20,000 bases of DNA from an uncultured virus (IMG/VR IMGVR_UViG_3300028883_000006) (Duplodnaviria; Heunggongvirae; Uroviricota; Caudoviricetes): the IMG/VR virus record IMGVR_UViG_3300028883_000006, one strand, 5' to 3'. A program made the translations under genes and the position numbers. The notes beneath the pieces were generated by a model, which was not told the DNA's origin, ran no database searches, and was given only the letters and a program-made list of their open reading frames with translations. Of this stretch, positions 14,742 to 20,000 are shown one piece after another; the first letter of the stretch is position 1, and the number at the start of each line of letters is the position of its first letter.

Positions 14742-17192
14742 CTACCTGAGTTTGCCTTCGTACTTTTCCTGGTAATCACATGCTACATGCGTAAAATGTG
14801 TTCCTGGGAATGATTTACCCCCAGCCATAAGAATAAAATACATATTACTGAACGTGGTCCTTCCAATTAACAATCTTTTATTGGGAGGGAATACCCTGGA
14901 AGCATTAAGCAGATGCCAGGTGTATCCATCAGTGGATCCCCATAAGTATATAGAAAATACAGAGCTTTCTTCCTGTAGTACCCTTCCATGCATCAGCATC
15001 CTGTGTATCTTCTTGTACTGGTTCCTGGACAGCTTGATAGGTCTGGTTTCCAGATAAGCAGGAACACAAACACCTTCTTCTTCCTGTGATATATCAGCCT
15101 TCATATAATTACCCACATCCATGTAATATCCATAAGTCTCAGGATAGTCATGTATGAACACTGTATAGACAGTGCTGATCTTGTACCATACCTTATGTTT
15201 GAGTGAGAATACCCATGAGTAATTGTAAACACTATTAGACAATATTATTTCATTGTCCTCATGATTGTAACCTATAATGGCCCCGGAGAAGTAGTTTCTG
15301 AAGCCTGTAGAGCAGATATAGTCTGAGATTGCGAGTGTGTTTACATCATTAGTCAATGTCTGATACATTAATGCCCCTGTGAGGTTTGATTCGTGGTCCC
15401 CTTCAGCCGATTCACCTATCTCGAAGGGATCAGGACCAGAGATAACAATGAGTCCGTCAGAGGTGCTAAAAACAGCCCCTCCATCAATCGGTGTAATAGA
15501 GTCTGCATTGTTACATACATGACGAGAAAGGGGAACAATATTTGAAATAAGAATATCTCCTTGTCCGATATTCATAGTCCATATTCCTTCCTGGGTGAAA
15601 CAGAATAATGGATATTCACCAAACTGTCCCTGTGATAATGCTATTGCGTTGGTTGCAAAGCCTACAATGGTTCTGTTGCTTACCCTATAGCTGTTCTCTG
15701 CTGCAAAATAGAAGGGATTATTAAGCTCACAAGCCTGTACTCTGTTCTCATCGACATAATACTGATCAGTCGTAGTCATTGTATGGACCGTTTCTGTTCC
15801 TGCGTACTCATGTGAGCCACCATCCCCCCAGGAATAGTTAAGAAATTCATGTGCTTTCAATTCTATCTCAGCCATTATATAATTTGTCCCTGAGAGTTTC
15901 ATTATTATTCTCATCTTGGTTGCTCTGCGGTCAGGATAACCAATATAGTTCACCCATTCAAACTCAGGCTTTGTAGCCCCTGAATTATAATAGTTAAATT
16001 CTTCCCATCCTGAAAAGATAGTCTTTGTCCCTTCAGGAGTAGTAATATCAACTTCAATACCTACATCGTATGCTGTACTTGTGGATCCACCTGATACCTG
16101 CCTTATAAAAAACTCGGGAGAGAAACCGATAAACAGCTTATTTGTGATATTACCGAAGAATAACCTGGAGTTATATGCAAAAGGATTACATTGACCAATC
16201 AGCCGGTGATGAGTATTGTTGTCAACTGGCATGGTGTCCCTGGTATTCAGATCTGAAAAGTTATCTGAAATATAATAGAACCCCGTAAAGGTTTTCATAT
16301 CTATACTTTCAACCTTGTAATAGTTAATCTCATCAGCTATTGCAGGATCATCCTGTTTGGGCAGGTAGTTATCACTTAATAAACCAGCCTTTAGTTCCTT
16401 TGGTCTGGTCATATAAACATTAAGGCGGGTGATTATATCTTTATACTTTGCCTTTACGTCATTCAGCCAGGATGTATCTGAAATACTTATTGTGTGGTGA
16501 TATGCAGACCATTTGAAAGACGTTGAAGAAAGCATTGACATTTCGGATCCCATTACCTCAATCGGTATGGAAGGGCTTACTATGCTTCCATCAAATAACT
16601 CCCAGGCAAACCTTATCAGGACCTTGCCGGTAAAATAATTCTGTGAGAGCCTTTCATTCACTATCTTGCTGGCAGCAGCCAGTACAGCATCCTCGCTATC
16701 TGTGACTGTCTCTGTCTTGTCCATATATGTAACGGCAGATCTGGTTATTGTTATCAGAGGTGTCTCAGGGTATGGCTCATCCAGGTACTTGTACTCATTG
16801 TCGTCAAAGTTAAATACACCGTACAGAATTTTCTTGTCAGTGATATTTGATATGACCAGGATATTGTGCAATGCTGAAAACTTAAGTGTTTTATTTGTTA
16901 GCGACACAAGCAATTCATTACTGGTTGCTACATCATCATTAACAAATACATAATACCTTACCTGTGAATTATCATAAGTGACAATGACATAGGTATTACT
17001 GGTTACTCGGTGCAGGTATCGCACATTCTCAGTTACCGATATAGTCGCTTTCTTTTTACCTGCCACCCTCCATGCTCCATCTTTAGGGCGTATGTTAATA
17101 AGCTCCTGCATTGCTCCATCAGTAACATTCTCATCAGGTATGTTTCTTACAATGCCTGTCAATTCGATTTCATTCCTCACTGTCTGGCTCAT
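14742..17192 (-). CDS. Putative tail stabilisation / nozzle protein (P22 gp10-like, beta-propeller-rich)
   Basis: 816 aa, beta-rich. 'I.L.GI.R..PD....DG...ELIN' start, 'NNPFYF', 'ALSQGQFGEYPLF.FT.EGIW', 'LETRPIKL' and 'LWGS.DG..W' are recalled from podovirus-type Bacteroidota phage tail proteins. Confidence 0.7.
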   Translation of the reverse strand: MSQTVRNEIELTGIVRNIPDENVTDGAMQELINIRPKDGAWRVAGKKKATISVTENVRYLHRVTSNTYVIVTYDNSQVRYYVFVNDDVATSNELLVSLTNKTLKFSALHNILVISNITDKKILYGVFNFDDNEYKYLDEPYPETPLITITRSAVTYMDKTETVTDSEDAVLAAASKIVNERLSQNYFTGKVLIRFAWELFDGSIVSPSIPIEVMGSEMSMLSSTSFKWSAYHHTISISDTSWLNDVKAKYKDIITRLNVYMTRPKELKAGLLSDNYLPKQDDPAIADEINYYKVESIDMKTFTGFYYISDNFSDLNTRDTMPVDNNTHHRLIGQCNPFAYNSRLFFGNITNKLFIGFSPEFFIRQVSGGSTSTAYDVGIEVDITTPEGTKTIFSGWEEFNYYNSGATKPEFEWVNYIGYPDRRATKMRIIMKLSGTNYIMAEIELKAHEFLNYSWGDGGSHEYAGTETVHTMTTTDQYYVDENRVQACELNNPFYFAAENSYRVSNRTIVGFATNAIALSQGQFGEYPLFCFTQEGIWTMNIGQGDILISNIVPLSRHVCNNADSITPIDGGAVFSTSDGLIVISGPDPFEIGESAEGDHESNLTGALMYQTLTNDVNTLAISDYICSTGFRNYFSGAIIGYNHEDNEIILSNSVYNYSWVFSLKHKVWYKISTVYTVFIHDYPETYGYYMDVGNYMKADISQEEEGVCVPAYLETRPIKLSRNQYKKIHRMLMHGRVLQEESSVFSIYLWGSTDGYTWHLLNASRVFPPNKRLLIGRTTFSNMYFILMAGGKSFPGTHFTHVACDYQEKYEGKLR

Positions 17193-17646
17193 CTTTACTC
17201 TTTTTTTCGTTATTTTCTTGCTGTATTAATTGCTGGTTAATGTACTGCAGGAAGGTTATATCTCCTCCTTTAGTTCTGTTTGCCAGAGAGGGGTTATCCT
17301 GCTGTTCAAGTTCATGTAGTGTACGGAGTGCTTTCTGTAGGTTATCCAGGTTCCTTTCTTCCCTTATCAATATCCTCATACGTCTTAATATCTTGGTCTG
17401 TGTATCCCCGAGAAGGTTTCTAAACTCAGTCTTGTCGATGTCAGTATATTCTTCAATGGTTGCTATTGCCTCCTGGAAGGGATCCGGTGAAAATACATCC
17501 TTGCCATATCTATCTGTCCAATTCTTTAACGTCTGCCTTGCTATGCCTGTTGACTTGGAAGTTGACAGGTAATTAAATTTATTACCTTCCAAGATCTTCA
17601 GGTATTTTACAATCTCCTTCTTCGTGTATATCTTTTTCTTACTCAT
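17170..17646 (-). CDS. N-terminal HTH protein, candidate terminase small subunit
   Basis: HTH 'YTKKEIVKYL...NYLSTSKSTGIARQTLKNW' followed by long helices, 158 aa. First gene of a virion operon. The function is inferred from architecture and position. Confidence 0.5.
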   Translation of the reverse strand: MSKKKIYTKKEIVKYLKILEGNKFNYLSTSKSTGIARQTLKNWTDRYGKDVFSPDPFQEAIATIEEYTDIDKTEFRNLLGDTQTKILRRMRILIREERNLDNLQKALRTLHELEQQDNPSLANRTKGGDITFLQYINQQLIQQENNEKKSKDEPDSEE

Positions 17647-17661
17647 AAAAGTCGCTTTCTA

Positions 17662-17755
17662 CAAATCTCTATAAGTCTTTTTTAATATTGAGGTTTAATA
17701 AGCCTAAACAGGGGGTTAATAACCCCATAGTCGTAAATTACTATTCTTATGTTTA
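17662..17755. promoter_or_regulatory. Bidirectional promoter region with tandem palindromic boxes
   Basis: AGGTTTAATAAGCCT (17691-17705) and GGGGTTAATAACCCC (17712-17726), 21-bp period. TATGTTTA (+, 17748-17755) and GAGATTTG (-, 17669-17662) each lie 21 nt from the nearer box. Confidence 0.75.
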
Positions 17756-17782
17756 TTCCTGTAATCATTTAACTGCAGGAAT

Positions 17783-18340
17783 ATGATAGGAGAAGCATTA
17801 GCCTTAGCATCATTGGTAGGTTCAGCTTTCGGAACCGGACAATCAGCATTAGCAAATAGAAGAATTGATCGCAGGATTGGCGAACAGGAAAAGGAACTAC
17901 AATACTGGTTCGACAAAGAGTATAATAGAAACTTCTTTGATACGGACCAGGCAAAGAGTGTGATATCAACCCTGAGAAACCAGCATAAGGACACATTGAG
18001 GTCTGTTGCTGGTGATTCAGCAGTCACAGGAGCATCAAATGAGGCAAAGATAGCAGCAACAGAAAAGACTCAGAAAGGATATTCGGATGCACTGACCAAA
18101 CTGGCAGGATACGGTACCAACCTAAGGGATTCCCTCAGACGAGAATATATCACAAGGAAATCAGGACTGGAGAACCTTCAGCTTGCCAACCTTCAGAACA
18201 AGTCACAGAACTGGGCAAACTTTATGAACAATGCCATGAACGCAGGTATTGGCTTTGCTGAAGCATCCGGTGCAGGTGCATTTAATGACTGGGATACCTA
18301 CCTGAAAGGACTATTTAAGAAAGAAGTAAAAACAGAATAA
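17783..18340 (+). CDS. Putative internal virion / DNA ejection protein
   Basis: Gly/Ala-rich amphipathic N-terminus (MIGEALALASLVGSAFG), 'W+D+.YN', 'AV.G...E..+AA' and a helical Q/N/A-rich body, typical of podovirus ejection proteins. Confidence 0.65.
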   Translation: MIGEALALASLVGSAFGTGQSALANRRIDRRIGEQEKELQYWFDKEYNRNFFDTDQAKSVISTLRNQHKDTLRSVAGDSAVTGASNEAKIAATEKTQKGYSDALTKLAGYGTNLRDSLRREYITRKSGLENLQLANLQNKSQNWANFMNNAMNAGIGFAEASGAGAFNDWDTYLKGLFKKEVKTE

Positions 18341-18382
18341 TTAATACACTTATTCATAAACATAATTAAGGAGGAAAAAAAC

Positions 18383-18811
18383 ATGAAAAAAGCATTTTTA
18401 TTTTTAGCAGTTCTATTATTTGTTGTTACGGCTTCAGCCCAAACACTTATACCAGTTGGCACTAAGACTACCCAGGCAGCCACAGCATTAGCCACAACCA
18501 CTACATACGATTATGCCGTAATAGGGGATCTTCCGTATTACATGGGATGGCAGATTGATCTTGATAGCATAGCAGGTACAGCCGCAGGACTGGGATGTAC
18601 TTTCGAGATCGAGGGATCACATGATGGTGTTGTATTCTTTGACGTAGATACACTGACCTATGTAGGTGTCGAGGGTACAAGCTCAGATACCACAGCGTAT
18701 GAGAATAATACATCAGTTATGTACTGGGAATACCTGAGAGCAAAATATACCCTGACTGATACTTTGCGGTGTGGTCATACCATTGTCATATGTCCATTTA
18801 TCTCAAAATAG
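18383..18811 (+). CDS. Secreted beta-sandwich protein with a cleavable signal peptide
   Basis: 'MKKAFLFLAVLLFVVTASA-Q' signal, and 'FEIEGSHDG..F' and 'WEYLR..Y' discoidin/jelly-roll-like motifs. AAGGAGG lies upstream at 18368-18374. Confidence 0.75.
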   Translation: MKKAFLFLAVLLFVVTASAQTLIPVGTKTTQAATALATTTTYDYAVIGDLPYYMGWQIDLDSIAGTAAGLGCTFEIEGSHDGVVFFDVDTLTYVGVEGTSSDTTAYENNTSVMYWEYLRAKYTLTDTLRCGHTIVICPFISK

Positions 18812-18829
18812 ATTAATTGGATTTAGGTC

Positions 18830-19180
18830 ATGGATGAGAATGGGTATAAAGACAAATATTTAGAGGAAAAATTCAAAGGCGTTTATTCCAGGCTGGATAT
18901 TGTCTTGCAGAAGCTAAATGATTACGAGCTTGATTCCAGAGAGATTAACAAAAGGGTATCAGGGCTTGAGAGAGTACAGCTTCAGTGTCCTGTTAAGGAT
19001 TTAGGAAAAGATGTGGAGGAATTGAAAAAAGATACGGAGGAGCTAAGGTTTTTTAACAGGAACCCCGAAAAAGCCAGAGCATTCAAGATAGGTGAAAGGA
19101 TAATTATGTTTCTGAATACTGCAGGTGTAGTGTATGCCCTTTTAATGCTGTATAAACTAATAAACGAAATAAGACAATGA
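18830..19180 (+). CDS. Coiled-coil protein with a C-terminal TM helix (holin/XhlA-like architecture)
   Basis: Heptad-like N-terminal region and hydrophobic 'IIMFLNTAGVVYALLMLY' near the C-terminus. Confidence 0.6.
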   Translation: MDENGYKDKYLEEKFKGVYSRLDIVLQKLNDYELDSREINKRVSGLERVQLQCPVKDLGKDVEELKKDTEELRFFNRNPEKARAFKIGERIIMFLNTAGVVYALLMLYKLINEIRQ

Positions 19181-20000
19181 TAGCACAGGTAGATGATAAG
19201 AAAAAGAAAAAGGACCTTGATGAAGGTCCTTTCAGTGCATTATTTGATTACAGCAATGAGGAGAAAAGAATACAGGAGGAACGTGAACGCCAGCATCAGG
19301 CTGAAGAAAAGATTATGCGTACTAACGCTATTGGAGATGCCTTCAGGTTACTTATTGAAGGTGTTGGAGGGAAGAAGGGGGCAACAATAAACCCTCACCA
19401 GGTTAATCCCGCAATCCTGTCAGCAGCAGAGAGACACAGGCAAGCGGATACAGAATATAAACAGAAACTAAGTCAGTTAAGACTACAGGACCTTGATACT
19501 AAGATCCATGACCTTCAATATCAGCATGGACTGGAGGCAGAAAGTAGACAGGCAGAGAGGGAAGATAAAAGAGCCGACAGGAAATATGACTGGGAAGAAG
19601 ATATGTTTGACAAACAGGCAAATCTGAAAAAGGAACTTGTCGAATTGGAAGCAGGTATCGGAGATGAGAAAATGAAGAAACAGGCTGATCTGCAGACAAA
19701 GAAACAGAAGGAGATAGATACCCACAGGACCAACGAAAACATCAGGGAGGCAATAGCAACCGGGAAATATGACCGCACAGGACAGGATCCTGTTATTCCT
19801 GATATGAAGATAACAGACAGGAATTACTCCGGTGAAACGGTAGAAGTGGATAGTGACCTTGCAAGTGCTATGCTTAGTGAATTGTCAAAGAACCTTACAA
19901 GCCTTGATCCCAATGACATGAGTGTATTAAGGAGTTTGCTTGTGGAAGGAACAAAAAACAGGGGGCAGTCTGTCCAGGTGCTTTTAAATAAATACTGGGA
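19177..20000 (+). CDS. Long charged helical protein, putative virion/ejection protein, 3'-truncated; not in the ORF track
   Basis: ATGA overlap at 19177. The frame stays open to the window end (MIAQVDDKKKKKDLDEGPFSALFDY...AIGDAFRLLIEGVGG...VLLNKYW). Confidence 0.85.
   Translation, partial: MIAQVDDKKKKKDLDEGPFSALFDYSNEEKRIQEERERQHQAEEKIMRTNAIGDAFRLLIEGVGGKKGATINPHQVNPAILSAAERHRQADTEYKQKLSQLRLQDLDTKIHDLQYQHGLEAESRQAEREDKRADRKYDWEEDMFDKQANLKKELVELEAGIGDEKMKKQADLQTKKQKEIDTHRTNENIREAIATGKYDRTGQDPVIPDMKITDRNYSGETVEVDSDLASAMLSELSKNLTSLDPNDMSVLRSLLVEGTKNRGQSVQVLLNKYW

Noticed and set aside
14729..14749. Terminator between the convergent genes (TCAGG...CCTGA)
   Set aside because: Only a 5-bp stem with a long loop and no clear U-tract.
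311..19778. Antisense or nested ORFs in the track (e.g. 857-1207, 2072-2407, 5015-5473, 10535-10894, 16666-16953, 17240-17572, 19193-19390, 19483-19778)
   Set aside because: They shadow well-supported genes on the other strand or frame and show no motifs.
1..20000. Stop-codon reassignment as in some crAss-like phages
   Set aside because: Long genes are intact in code 11, and TAG, TGA and TAA all end genes at sensible boundaries.

Overview
A 20 kb segment of a tailed dsDNA phage or prophage, most likely infecting a Bacteroidota host. The host inference rests on a Bacteroidota-like DnaB N-terminus, TAnnTTTG-type promoter elements, mostly A-rich translation starts and a signal peptide followed by Gln. 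Bases 1-14230 are one + strand early/middle region: RecT, a coiled-coil protein, YqaJ exonuclease, a replication initiator with internal iterons, DnaB, then accessory genes. The accessory genes include DnaA-C-like HTH, ASCH, PD-(D/E)xK nuclease, DEDD exonuclease, lipoprotein, a tRNA-like element, radical SAM plus formyltransferase, DUF551 and a DUF5131-type radical SAM. A lone AT-rich ORF with its own promoter follows. The window ends in a divergent virion module: a putative tail stabilisation protein and terminase-small-subunit-like gene on the - strand, and putative ejection proteins, a secreted protein and a holin-like protein on the + strand. The most notable non-coding signal is a tandem 15-bp palindrome (RGGNYTAATAASCMY, 21-bp period) found at two loci. 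Three times it sits exactly 21 nt before a degenerate Bacteroidota -7 element, suggesting an activator-dependent late promoter class that may also drive the putative modification cassette. All family calls are from motif recognition by eye; no searches were run.
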